The notes under the pieces: model-generated
What the model was told of the DNA's origin: nothing
What the model saw: the letters and a program-made list of their open reading frames with translations, nothing else
Database searches by the model: none
Assembly: GCA_030295235.1 (NCBI GenBank)
Contig: AP026126.1
Coordinates: 62,001-126,000 of the forward strand
DNA length: 64,000 nt
DNA from: Fistulifera solaris
Lineage: Eukaryota
Direction of reading: 5' to 3'
Made by a program: the position numbers and the translations under genes
In this document: piece after piece, positions 49,750 to 62,100 of the stretch
Layout: the number at the start of each line of letters is the position of its first letter
How positions within the stretch are numbered: the first letter of the stretch is position 1

Positions 49750-51462
49750 TTATTTGCTACGATCTCCAACGTGCTTTTTTAGAGCTTGCAGAATCTTTTT
49801 GACTCCAGACGTGATACCGACTTGTTGCATATCATCGGCAGTCATCCACCGCATCGCACGTCCGTCTGATGTACTCGCCATTGCTTGATATATGTCGTCG
49901 TCAACTTGACCGGTTTGTAACCACAGAATGTGTTTCACATGACTAAAGACGTGCTCCAACGAAGATTCTCCTACCGTTTGTACGGAGGAAACCGTATACA
50001 CCGACAGCTCTTTCAGCAACGCCTTCCACGCTGCTCGTTTTTGGGTAAACGGAATTGTCGGTGGTTCTGGATCGACGGCCTTTTTCACTGTTTTGGACTT
50101 TTTGTCGACCTTCGTATCGGCACTGTCCCAAAAGACATATACAGGGAAATTCCCATTGCCCCGCCAATAATCCGGTCGGTGGACGTTGTACTAACAGCCA
50201 TCTCTTTTCTTTGGTGGCGTTATGACCCAAAGCCGCAACTTGCCACACTTGAACACGTTTAGCAGATTGCGGTGGCGCCATGGGCAAATATTGATGTCCA
50301 TAGACACGTAGATTGGGTATTATAGCACATTCTCGCCATTGTTGAATGACTTGTTCAACGCCGTCCACCGCGCACAGTGGACACGATGCAGCTGTTGTTG
50401 TTGGAGCCGTCGTAGACGATATTAGAATGGGAGATACATCATTCGACACAATGGCCGGTTCCACCAATCGCGTCGACCAATAATATTCCTTGAGAGGATC
50501 ACCCTCCTCCAGTCCCGTCCCCGAAGGAGCACAATACGTTGCTCCCAATTCCATCAGCGCTTGATTGATATTCCCCGGTTCGTCCGTGTTTTCCACGAGA
50601 GGCTGCAACAACGTCCAGGCGTATTGATCTTTGAATACAGATGCTTTCACATGTTGTGCGACACCCCGCAATCGCGACAAGACGCGACACACATTCCCAT
50701 CGACGACGGGGACAGGGATTTGAAAACAAATAGAACAAATCGCACTGGCGGTATACCGTCCCACACCGGGCAATTGTTGCCATTCTGCGACAGTGGTGGG
50801 CCACTGGACACTACCATCTCGCGTTGTGTAGTGCGTGACGACGTGTTGTGCACCCGCATGCAACATCCGCGCCCGTCGATAAAATCCCAATCCAGCCCAA
50901 TGGGCATTGACTTGTTCTGGTGTCGCGGCCGCTAATGTTTGTACCGTAGGAAAGGATTGCATCCATTTTACCCAATACGGAATCACAGCTTCCACCCGTG
51001 TTTGTTGTAACATGATTTCACTGACCCATACACCGTAGGGTGTCACGGCGAACGTCGGTAAGGAAGCGTCGTCGTCATCGTCGTCGTTGTCATCCTCATT
51101 TTCAGTCCTCGAACGGTCGTTGGAGTGTTTGAAAAAGCTATGCAAGGAGGTTTGTTTTTGTTTCTTGTTTCCACCCTTCGGCTTACTCCTATTTACAACA
51201 AACTTGGCGGTACTACCGTTCCAGGGCGGTGGATCACCACGCCACGGCAATTTCCGACGATAAGCATGATACCACGTTAACAATTGATGTTGGATGTGTT
51301 TTATTTCGAAAGGATCGTCAAAAGCATGAAATTGTAGTGAATCATGCGTCTTCCATGCTTGAAAAAGTTCCATGTCCTTCGTTTTGTTTGTCAACAAAGG
51401 AATAGAGGAAGAAGAAAATGAGACAACAATTTGGGTCGGCATACTACGATCGGCCGATGATA

Positions 51463-51493
<31 letters not shown>

Positions 51494-51625
51494 GCCTTTC
51501 ACGGGCGAAGAAGATAAGAACGCTTGAACCGTTCGTTTCCGAGACGACGGCGACATTTTTGACAGCAAAGAATAAACGAAGGACGTAATGACAAGAAACA
51601 AAACTATAAATTGCGTCCAGAGCAT
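49750..51625 (-). CDS. mutY: A/G-specific adenine DNA glycosylase MutY
   Basis: RRKLPWR, WVSEIMLQQT, WAGLGFYRRAR, HhH LPGVGRYTA, VVDGNV.RVLSR, NQALMELGA; NUDIX-like C-domain LLVQRP.TGLLAGQWEFP and H.FSH; frameshift near 50130. Confidence 0.95.
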
Positions 51626-52073
51626 CCTATGATTGCATTAGTTATATACTTTGTATTGTTGCGGCTCGTCGTCTATAATTTTGCTTCGGGCGATTAAAAA
51701 AATGAGCGATATCGTCGTAATCGCACAGAAAACGGACCAAGGACATACGTTTCTTAGACGTGAGTGTAGTTTCAGTCAACAGCGCAAAGACTATACACGA
51801 GAGGCTACGTATATGAGTATTCGGCAAATAATAGTTGCTTAAATTTACGATGATTCGCTGCAGTCGGCACATTGCAACCTAATCTCAATGTGGAATATAT
51901 AAATGAACTAGTCTTGTGGTACATTGACGGCTCGGGAATAATCGATTATCATAGCAGTGTTCTTTTGTCGAGTTTTGACCTTCAATCGTTGCATTACATC
52001 CACGACAAGAACTAACTTGTTAGTTACACTCGTGATGGACCTACACGAAGCATAAAAAGCAATAAGTTGTTTC

Positions 52074-53338
52074 TTATTTCTTATTGTCGCTTTCACTTTC
52101 ATCCTTAGTCAGAAAGCATTTGAGGCAAAAGATCGCTAAGACAAATACAGGTAAAAGAACAAGAACTGTAATCCCCCTTGGGCTGAGTCCAGGGTTACAA
52201 GTGATCACGCGCGAGTTTCCTTCATTTGGTGTCAATAGGAAAGTCATATGACCCTCTATGGCTGGATCGTTTACCGCGTGCACAAACATGTAAAGATTCT
52301 TGGACGGGTCATTATAGATAACTGGGTTAGTTTGGCACGGTAGAGGATCTTGGAACGAAAGGGTCAAAGAATGCACCAAATGCTGACAATCGGTACCACG
52401 ATAAAACGAGATGTATAGATTCTCATTGTTGGCAGAACATGTATCAATGGCCAACGAAGTATAGTTGGCGCTGATCCAAAACTGTCCTTCCATGGGAGGG
52501 AGGGTATACCAGACGCCTTTCCATTGATTGGTCCACAATCTGGAGATTGCGGCTGCTGCTGCTGCTGCTTCGGAAGTACCCGTGCAATTGATATCCGCAC
52601 AATTGGGTGGCACAACATCAGTATAGACGTTGGCAAAATCATCTGTCGTGATGGTCTGCGTTTGGGCTACTAGAGCAATGGAGTTCGAGCAGACATCGTT
52701 CGGTACGACGAAATCCGTTACCATCGTCGTGGCTTGCAAATCGGACAGTTCAGTTGCCATGGTAACTTTCACATAGACAAAATACAACTGATCTTTAGTG
52801 GCAGAGAAACTCACACTACCGTAACTGGTAGCATCTGGGCAAATGGAACCTTCCGTACGAATGGCTTCCGTAGTAGAAGGATGACGACTCATTCCTTCCG
52901 CGACACAATACAAATCTTCGCATGTGGTAGTATTCCCCACCAGTGCCGTGTAGACTATCGGTATTAAAACAGCGGTCGAATGGGTACAAAAGGTAACATC
53001 AATTTGTCCTCGCGATTCTGGACGGACCGGAAACCAAAAACCGCGTCCGGACGACCCCTCCTCTACCTCCTCCTCCTCCTCGACCATTTCACAGGCTGGA
53101 CCCACCGGCATGTTGACAGGAACCGGCAATATTCCGTCCATGATACCCGTACTAGTTTCTCCCGGTGTTCCACCGAGTAAGTAAACAAAATTTTGATTCG
53201 CGTAGACGTTTTGGTTGTCGCAGGTCAAAGCAGGCTCAAAGTCGATGTTGTCATCGCCACGGGCCTGCCAAGCAGGACTTGTGGAAACGAACCAAGCGAT
53301 CCATCCTACTAATAGAAGGTGTGAATGTTTTTCATCAT
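52074..53338 (-). CDS. Cys-rich surface protein family member Y1 (two beta-type domains, C-terminal TM)
   Basis: Shares G.WFPV...G..D..FCT, C.DL.C.A, CPDAT.Y..V.F and PND.CSNSI.L with 55358-56059 and 57748-58975; N-terminal hydrophobic leader; C-terminal TM; start uncertain (probable A-run indel). Confidence 0.75.
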
Positions 53339-53804
53339 TGAATGGTATATTTCTGAAAAAAATAACGGAAAGAGCAAAGAGCGAAATGATCTTTGAAAAA
53401 AAAAGGAATGAGGGCAAAACAAAATGGATCTTTGCCCGCTGGTTTTTCTATGCGGGAGGTTCCGCGGTGTTTTCCAGTCGTGAGTCGTGAGGAATAAACG
53501 ATTTTTGGATGTAAGAAAACCCTCCTCCAGCTTCCGAGTGTTAAATAATGTTCCTGTGCACAGCGCGGCGCGCGGATCATTCCTTCACGTACTACGTACT
53601 CCGTAATACAAAGCACCTTTGTACCAGTACCAGGGAGGGTGTCGATTATACATCTTTTGTGTTAATAGCCATTACACAGTATAAACTTGTGCCGAATCGA
53701 CGATTTCGACTTTCTGAATCAGTACTGGGGCCTTAATAATTCACTTATTATTTTATTACATTCAACAGCAAACTGAAAAATTAACCACGACTCGATCTAC
53801 GAGT

Positions 53805-53932
53805 TTCTTTCGAAAGAAGGTTTCTTCTTTTATACTGCGTAGAACTTGTGTAGAGAATGTACCAAGAATTTTTTTCTTCTTTCGAAAGAAGCTTTCTTGT
53901 TTCGAAAGAAGGATTCTTCTTCGAAAGAAGAA
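53805..53932. repeat. Cluster of four palindromic TTCGAAAGAAG units
   Basis: Perfect 16-bp palindrome CTTCTTTCGAAAGAAG at 53876-53891; variants at 53805, 53900 and 53914. Confidence 0.7.
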
Positions 53933-54720
53933 TTCTTCAAGAAAAAATTAGCTACACTAATTCGTATTTTAAAAGCAAACGGCACTGCTTTGAATTTTTG
54001 TGTAGTACTAAAGTCCTAGTACTGATATCTATACCACAATATGTACTTGAATGTTGTATAGGGAATTCGTACAAAAGAAGCCGTTCCGACATCCTCCCAG
54101 GTACTTTGGAAGCAGCCAGCGAAAAGCTTTCAAGTACGAATAAACAGTTGTCTGGCAGCTGGCAGAGCCCGGAGAACATAAATTCAAATAGCTACCAGGT
54201 ATACGGATACTCGGTGCAGCAACTTGTTGCGGCTTGCTGGCTTGCTACTTCGGTCTTCTTCATTCTTCATAGACGTGGACAATAGGCATAAACAACTTAC
54301 GACATACTGCGGACTGCGGCCTAGGATACGGAATACGGATACGGAATATTGGTTCTAGAGAGTCTTGAGGCAATATATACAAATTTACAGCATAAACCAA
54401 AGTACGCAGTACAAATAGGATGAATATTGACAGCACGTGTTTTGATACCGAGCGTCTTTTCATGCCTTTCAGCTTCCTGCAACCTTTTTAAGCCTTGGTG
54501 ACTTAAAACTATCCCCGCGCATCGACTATACTGAAATAAGAAGAAAGATATTCTCGGGAAGAACAAGTCAGGCAACGGCAAAAACGAGCAAAAACATTTT
54601 TAATTTGATACAGAACGTCGGATGTCAGGTCCAACAATCAAGCAAGCTTATCAAGCAAATCTTTTGCTCATTGATCAGCGCCCTTGCCCAAATCAACACT
54701 ACCTTTGCCCCTCGAATAAA

Positions 54721-55236
54721 ATGATCCATCAAGAAGCAGAAAAGAACTCTCGCAGTTGTATTGCTCTCGGCAGCGCCATCTTGCTTTTCGCAGCTGCGAC
54801 AGTGGGTTTCTACTACAACAGCTCGTTCGAAACTCTCTTGGATCGCAGCATGCTTCATCAATGCAACGGCCCAGCACGTGGTATCAAACTCACACCCGAT
54901 CGACCACATTACGTGGCTGCCATAGTCAACCCTCGCATCTTTTACATTCCCACTCCGACGGCCGAACTCAACAACTTCTGCAGCTGCGAAGTGGAATGCG
55001 AAACCGGCTTTATCGATCTGTACATGACCGATCATGAAGGCTTCTGGACTTTCCCCGATTTTATCAACAACTGGGTGCCAGAAGAAGAATACGAATGTAT
55101 TTCCTCAAACAAAGGGAATGCGAAGGAAACGTGCCAGATTCGTGGTGTCGGCGATGAGTGGTATTGTTACATCATGATCAAAGCCAAGGTTCCCGCCTCC
55201 AGGTGCGCTATCGAATGTTCTTATGTCGTCATCTAA
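54721..55236 (+). CDS. Membrane-anchored protein with a PPC-like (pre-peptidase C-terminal-like) domain
   Basis: N-terminal TM segment; C.VEC.TG.IDLY ... YEC.S...GN..ETC ... YIMI pattern resembles PPC domains (recognised by eye); alternative start at 54622. Confidence 0.6.
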   Translation: MIHQEAEKNSRSCIALGSAILLFAAATVGFYYNSSFETLLDRSMLHQCNGPARGIKLTPDRPHYVAAIVNPRIFYIPTPTAELNNFCSCEVECETGFIDLYMTDHEGFWTFPDFINNWVPEEEYECISSNKGNAKETCQIRGVGDEWYCYIMIKAKVPASRCAIECSYVVI

Positions 55237-55357
55237 ACAGATTTCGGATGTGTACACGGTTCCTTAATTTTATTTTAGATAGGCAGCCATAGTCAATGCG
55301 TTTTTTTAGAAGCGTCTCAGTTTGATAGATACTATCTAACCATCTATATGTTGTTCT

Positions 55358-56059
55358 TTAACATTGGAGCCATCCAACGAGTAACATCGCCATAACAGTG
55401 GATACCCCCGACGCCAAGGAGTCCGAACGACTCTCCGTTACGTGAGAAATGGCTTCAAAGCCCTCTAGTTCCACCAAATCGGTAGTTACGTCGACATGAA
55501 CATAATAAATTTGATTCTTTGAGGCCGTAAAGTGGACACCACCCACGTTTGTTGCATTCGGACATAGATCTCCTTCTGATTGTATTTTTTCAGATTGCAG
55601 AGGATGTTTACTGCCGATCGCAGTACAAGTCATGTCTTCGCAATTGGTCTCTTCGACCGCGTGCTCCGGAGGAGCTTGGTACACGGTCGGTATGATCGTC
55701 AAGGGTGTTTTGGTCAGGGTACAAAACAAAAGATCGACTTTGCCCTGTGTTTCGGACGAAACGGGAAACCAGTATCCTTTGCCACCGGGTGTGACACCAC
55801 CACACACCGGTCGGTCAAGTGCATCGTTGGGCAAGGCGATGGTTTCCGTTGTGGATACGGCCAAGGTAGCCGGGACGCTTCCTCCACCGAGACGGACATC
55901 AAACGCGGAAAACATTTCGACCTTTTCATTGCCACAGTTCAAATTGAATCCTGCCGGTGTTGCTGTGGCATTGCTTTGACCTTGAGTTATGCCGATGAAG
56001 AAATGTACCGTCATGAGCCAGATAATCCCTTCGAAACGGTTCAAAGTCATAGTTTCCAT
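55358..56059 (-). CDS. Cys-rich surface protein family member Y2 (single domain, GPI-like tail)
   Basis: Signal peptide; GYWFPV..QGKVDLLFCT, CEDMTC, CPNAT; hydrophobic C-terminus. Confidence 0.75.
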   Translation of the reverse strand: METMTLNRFEGIIWLMTVHFFIGITQGQSNATATPAGFNLNCGNEKVEMFSAFDVRLGGGSVPATLAVSTTETIALPNDALDRPVCGGVTPGGKGYWFPVSSETQGKVDLLFCTLTKTPLTIIPTVYQAPPEHAVEETNCEDMTCTAIGSKHPLQSEKIQSEGDLCPNATNVGGVHFTASKNQIYYVHVDVTTDLVELEGFEAISHVTESRSDSLASGVSTVMAMLLVGWLQC

Positions 56060-57237
56060 GTTCGAATTGGAACAATAATTGTGATATTTTTGAGATTGAA
56101 GAGCGAAAAAGACAAAGAATGCAGACAATGATAAGTCTGATTGTGAAGGAAGGTAAATGGAGACACTTTGATGAGCGATAATAACGCATTGAGCATTGGC
56201 ATCTTTGAAACCTTTTTCGTGATGTGCTTCCGAGTTCGTGTTTCGGATTCTCAGAGTGAGACGTTTGTCGTTGTAAGAAGAGTAGATCGGAAGCCGCTCG
56301 GGACTAACTTTACATCAAAAAGTTTTGGGATACCAGACAAGAATCTAGCTAGGCGGCTCTTTCGCACCACAGTTTTCGCACCCGTCGTACATTTTTGAGC
56401 GACCTTTTCAAAATTATTCTCACGCTCTACATGCTTCGTTCTTCGATAAGCGATAGTATCATAATCATGCTGCCCCAGGCCAAGCAAGCGGCGGAACATT
56501 CCTAACTGGTTTAAATAATGTATTTTGTGTACGAGGGAATAATATGATCATTGGCATTGTTTTTGTCTCTTTTTTTGAGAACCAATTTTTATAAAATCAA
56601 CGAGAGCAAAAAATGAGGCAAAGTTCTGCATACCAATTAACTTATGAGTTTTGACTGACAACTCACGCTCATGGTCGGAATCAAATAACACTCACTCTAC
56701 GGATCTTCTTAGGGTGGACAGTATGGCGGGCACCACTCTTTAGCCATCCAACAACTACACGAGTTGCAGCTTGTTAAAAAATCTGTGTTGTACGCTAAAA
56801 AGGCATGGCTGTTGGCTTGCAACGCTGCCTTTCAGCGCTCTTCTGTCCACTGCTCTTCTCTGCCTGTGCACACACCATCACAATGGAAAGGGTCTCTCCA
56901 CCTTTGGACATAGTAGCACCCACTTTGTTCAACAACGCAACTACTTTGATAGGGACAAGGAAACGTACTCCAAGGACCCTTGTCCATGTGGAAGAAGTAA
57001 TTACACAACGGCACATTGGGAGCGGGTACTGGCGGGGTCACCAGAACGACCGGACTTTGTGTCGGCACCTTACAGTCTCGACACTTCAAGTCGGCAACGA
57101 CGCAATACAAGTTCCCTGCCAGAGTCGCCGCGGCAATAATCGCCGCACCGGCTCCCGTCAATGTCCCCAATAGCGCAAATCCGGAGTACAGTATTCCGTG
57201 TGTACTCACTAGCGCTGTATACCACAGAGTGAGCTCC

Positions 57238-57340
57238 GTTCCCGCCGCCAGGTGCGCTTTCGAGTGTTCTTACGTCGTCATCTGAACAGGTTTTGGTCTA
57301 TAGATGATGTGCGCACGGTTACGTACTTTTATTTTAGATG
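57238..57340 (+). pseudogene. 3' remnant duplicate of the gene at 54721-55236
   Basis: GTTCCCGCCGCCAGGTGCGCTTTCGAGTGTTCTTACGTCGTCATCTGA (VPAARCAFECSYVVI*) matches 55189-55236 (VPASRCAIECSYVVI*), and the 3' UTR is similar (ACAG.TTT...CACGGTT...TTTATTTTAGAT). Confidence 0.75.
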
Positions 57341-57747
57341 AAACAGAAATAGACCATAGCTGTGCAATGCAACATTCGGAAAGTTCGTACATTTGATGAA
57401 TCATTCATTCTCGAGACTGAATCGTCAAATAATAGGACTAAGGACTACCAAGTGCAAAGATATGCTCTATGTTGCCTATGAATGTTGTAGAGATCAATCC
57501 GAGATCCGAGCTTGTCGAAGAAGGACAGGTGACTATGAGGCCTTGTTGTGGCAATACGTTCAACGAAACAATAAACGATGTCAGCTTGATGCATTTCAAA
57601 GCGTCAGTGTTCTGTTATCATGCGTTTGATGTACCTGGTTTAGTCAATGCTGATCGCGGGTTTTTACCAAATTGTTAACGAGCAAAGACATTCACATTAG
57701 GCACACATCCACTCCCAAAATGAGTTGCCATTCTTTTACTATTTTCT

Positions 57748-58975
57748 TTATTGCAATATAACAAAAAACAGTGACAAGAGTAGCCAAGGTGCTTTACCAT
57801 TCATCATTCTTCCCCAACAAGGATAGAAATTAGCGATACCACTGTTACCACTAACAATATCAAGTCCGTGTGGTGTAGCTGTCAACGTGACAGCACCTTC
57901 AATTGCTGGATCTCGATTAGTTGACACAAACAAGTAGTAGACTTGGCCGTTCTCGTTAGGAAGTCCAATCGAAAAGCTGCAAAGTTCGGAAACGCCAATG
58001 AAACATTTCATATTCTGGCAATCACGCCCTTCGTAAATATACATGTCAAAATCGGCACTGGCATTGTCTGTCGAACAAAAGTCCATGTCCCATACTGTCT
58101 CATTTGTATCACTCACAAAGTTCTCAACACGAGGCAATGTAAACCAGACACCTTTCCTTTCGCTATTCCATGCACGGGAGGCCGACTGCTCGTGAGCTGT
58201 AGCATTCTTACTATAACTGATATTGCAACTGGGTACTAAATCCATTTGCACCATGGCAAAATTGTTTGTGGTAACTGACTGCGACGTATCCAGCAGTATC
58301 GAATTGGAACAATGATCATTCGGTACTTCTAGATCCGTTACCATGGTCGTGACTTGGAAATTATTCAGTTCCGCTTCTAGCTCTACCGAAATGACATCGA
58401 GGTATACAAAATAAACCTGCCCCTCGGTGGCTGGAAAACGCACACTAGCATAACTCGTGGCATCGGGACAAACAGTACCTTCCAAATGTAGCACAGCAAT
58501 GGATTGTGAAGGATTTGTGATTCCTTCTGCAACACAGTACAAATCGTCGCAACCACTCGTTGTAGCTTGTGCTTGACGTAGAGCGGTGTAAACAATCGGT
58601 ATCATTGTAGTAGCCGAGGTGTTGGTGCAAAAGATGACATCCACTTGTCCACGTGTGTCGAGTTGCACCGGAAACCAAAAGCCACGAACCGACGGTACAA
58701 CCGTCCCACAGGAGGGACCCACCGGTTGGTTTTTGTGGTACGGGCAACCGACCCTCCGTGCTTGCGGTGAGTGTACCAAGTAGATTTCCTCCCAGCAAGG
58801 CAATGAAATTTTGACTTTCATAGACACTTTGATTGCGACACTGCAAAGCCGGTTCAAACTCGAGTATCTTCATTGTAGAATTGATGTCATCGCCTCTTGC
58901 ACTATCGATGAAATGATGACATGCTGCTGTAAAAACAATCCATCCGTAGCGATGCAGATAAGGCGTTGTCTTCAT
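57748..58975 (-). CDS. Cys-rich surface protein family member Y3 (two domains, hydrophobic tail)
   Basis: Colinear with Y1 (ARGDD..FEPAL.C.NQ.VY..QNF..LLGG; GFWFPV; PNDHCSNSI; KGVWFTLP; DPAIEG); one frameshift near 58740. Confidence 0.75.
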
Positions 58976-59012
58976 CTTGAAATTGTTCTATTTATTGATG
59001 GGAACCTCTATA

Positions 59013-59144
59013 TGATGATAAGGTGATCTCAATTATTATGAGTTACGAGGTTGCTATCAAATGGTCGATCCGTATACTGGTGGATGCCGTGATCCGAGAG
59101 GGTTACGGGTTGGTCGGTTGACGTGCAGAAACTGGCTAACAACA
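59013..59144 (-). repeat. Putative 3' LTR (about 132 bp) preceded by polypurine tract
   Basis: Minus strand: purine tract GGCAAGGGTG (59154-59145) directly followed by TGTTG, ending ...TTATCATCA (TG...CA termini, imperfect inverted TGTTG/CATCA). The 5' LTR is not in the window, so the boundary is unconfirmed. Confidence 0.65.
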
Positions 59145-62100
59145 CACCCTTGCCAACAGTATGCGGAGCGAACAGCGACAGAGCATTTGCAGAACCATGG
59201 CTGTTGTCATCTTCAGTTTCCGTGGGCAAGGCATGCATAATAATTGGTGCTTGTAAGTGGTTCCACAAAATAAGTTGAGCGCATTTGTTGATGATATTTT
59301 CAGCGAATGATGCTTGGTGAAATAATCTGCTTTGTTTGTTTCGCCTTTTGCCAATAAATGTGAAATTGGCCTTGTCAAACACGATCGTGTATCCAATAAA
59401 AGTGCATGTCCATTGCTTTGGAGCGTTTCTGTTTGACAGTATCGTTAGCAATGCCGCTGGCGGTGCTATTGTCGGTGACAATGGGCGTGGCAGGCTGTGG
59501 GTGGTTCATTTCTTCAAGTGCAGTGCGGATCGGACATGCTTCCTTGCCATTGTAAAATAAAGCGGCGAGTTCGGCTTCGGCAGCACTGGACACAACTTCT
59601 TTAAGGATGGTGGAATGCACGGCAATGGGTCCATTGAAAGGTGGTGGCGTGTCAGTGGTGGTCTGTTTGGAGCTGAGATAGTGGTAACCGGCTGCACGGG
59701 AACGAGCCTTTGTTTCGGACAGATAGGATGCATCACTTTCGATGTGCAAGATCATATCAGAAGCTTGAAAACGAATGGTAGCATCAGGGTGCGTTGCACA
59801 GTAATTGAGCAATTGCGTGATTGCCTCAACAGTGTGTTCAGTCGCATGGGCCTGTTGTGTAGCAAGAGTGCCAACAGCAGGCAGCAATGAACAATCAACC
59901 GCACAGGCATAATACAACAATGTTCCCAAGATTTCCTGAATGCTCGTGGTGATAGCAGGACTGACTTGAGGTGCGTCATCCAATGTTTGAGCATATTGCT
60001 GTCTGGAGCCGTAAATGGGTGCCGTCCAGGCGTGAGGAGAATGTTCTGGTTGTTTGGGCAGTGGGTGGTCAAAGCGGGACAGAGCGTTCGACGTAGCCAG
60101 GCATGGATATGTCGGCAGTGCGATTTTCGTAATCCCAATGTATAGTGAGCCCAACGTAGTGACTGGCTGACCAATCTGTTTTGACAACATAATACTGTTG
60201 AAGAAGTTGGAGAAGCTTGTCCGCTTGCTGGCGATCGGTGTATTTAACCAAAAAATCATCCACAACCAACGTAAAGAGCAAATCGGAAGTGGTGTGACAC
60301 CAAAGTCCGTGTGTGTGGGTGCACGGAACATAGCCATGGGGAGCAAGATGGTTTTTGAGTCGATCATGGGCGAAGCTTGCCTGCCTGTGGGAGGCCATAC
60401 ATGCCTTTGCACACTTCAACATAGAGGAACCCATTGTGGATTTTGTCTTGAAGTTGATACAAGTCAATAATAACATCTGGTATGAGGTGCACCGGAACGC
60501 GAATGTATTCATACTCGTCAAGATTAGCGGTGAGGTAAAAGTCTTTGAGATCCATGGACATGGCACGAGCATTAAGAGTACTGAGAACACTGTTGATAAG
60601 GATTTTGACAGTGATAACATCGGCAGTGTGTGTGCTAATGTCGCCATGGTGTTGAATTCGATCGCCGCCTGCAGTCCAGCGAACACGTTCAGGGTCAGCT
60701 TTTTCGGGCCGATCGGCACACACGACTTTAACGTAGGTAACAGGTTTTCCTTTGGGGACCTCGTGGTGGTGGATGAAGTGGCAGGTATCAGTGCCAGTCG
60801 GCATATGAGAGGATGATCCGAGGCCTTGAAAAAGGCGTCCAATTTCATCACAATTTGCTTGTTGCCAACGGGGACTGGTGGAACATTGACTGAGCTCACG
60901 ATATTCAGCCACACGGCCAGTATCGGGATTCAAGGCAGTCCCATGGAATGCAAACAAAGGGATAGGGTCAGGTGGTAATGGTGGCGCTGAAGAAGAAACG
61001 CGAAGCGCGGCAAACGGAACTTTAGGTTTGGGCATACGGCCAGAACGACGGGACACCAGAAGTTAGGTGTGTGCCGGTTGGAGTATGAGGGCGTTGTGCA
61101 CGGCGTAGTGTGCGCCGATGGCGGCGGCCAACAGGACCAGTGAGTTCGCGGTATGTGGTGGCCGGAGTGGGCACCAGCAGTTCAGCACTGGGTGGTACCG
61201 GCTGGTCTGAAGTTCGCTGGCTGTTGGCATTACGGTAACATTGTGTAGTGGTGCGATCATTGGTTGGTAGGTTGGGGTCAAAATGGACCTTTCGTGGCGT
61301 CACCCTTGGACTTGTGACAAGCTCGGGAACCTGGATGGGTGGGTTCACCCTTGGAAGTGGTGCAGTTTCCCGCACTTCCACCCTTGGATGTGCGGGATGG
61401 TCATCTGTACACATGGTGGTGAGCAAAGTGACAATGTCTTGGAGCTCCTGAGTCTGACTATCCATACGTGGCGCAAGAGGGGATGCCGGTGAAGGATTTT
61501 GTAACGCAAAGAGGATATCCTGGAGGGCAGAATAGATAAGGTCGGTGGACGAACTGGCTGGCATTTTGACATGCTGCGGGAACCATTCAAGTGTATCGCA
61601 AATTCTGGTGTCGCGTGTATCAATAATCCATACTTTGTAGCACCGATAGGATTCAAGAGCAGGACCAATATACCAGGCTTCCAAGGCATGAGGCGACCAC
61701 GTAGTGCGGTTACCGGGCTTCTCGTGGGCAAGGACGAATGTGCCAGGCGGTCCAAGAGGGTGACGGTTGAAATCAAAGCGTGCCATTGAGCTGCGCAAAG
61801 GCAGAGAGATTGGGGTTAATGCGGGACCCACGCATCAGGTTCAGGGTGATTTCGGCCTGTGGGATAAGTTGGTCCCATAGATGTAAGGGAAAGTTGACAT
61901 CGGTGCTGCATAACCCGGCAATGAAATGATTGGCAAAGGTGCGTATGGCACGTTCAGCAGCATTGCGGCGATGGACTGCTGGTGGGACAAGCTGATAATC
62001 GATGTCTTCATCAGTCATGAACTCTTTTAACTCATGTGATGCCTCATTGTCTAAGCGTTGTAGGGCGAGGTCGGAGGCCACCATTTACAAGTCGATTATG

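Noticed and set aside
51460..51492. (GAT)n microsatellite (also (ACG)n near 39512, (GA)n near 37756, (TG)n near 9490)
   Set aside because: Ordinary simple repeats encoding poly-Ser or poly-Arg, or lying in introns or intergenic DNA.
56771..57285. Several overlapping ORFs read as a gene
   Set aside because: No coherent domain; only the last 15 codons match the gene at 54721-55236, so it is treated as a remnant plus unidentified sequence.
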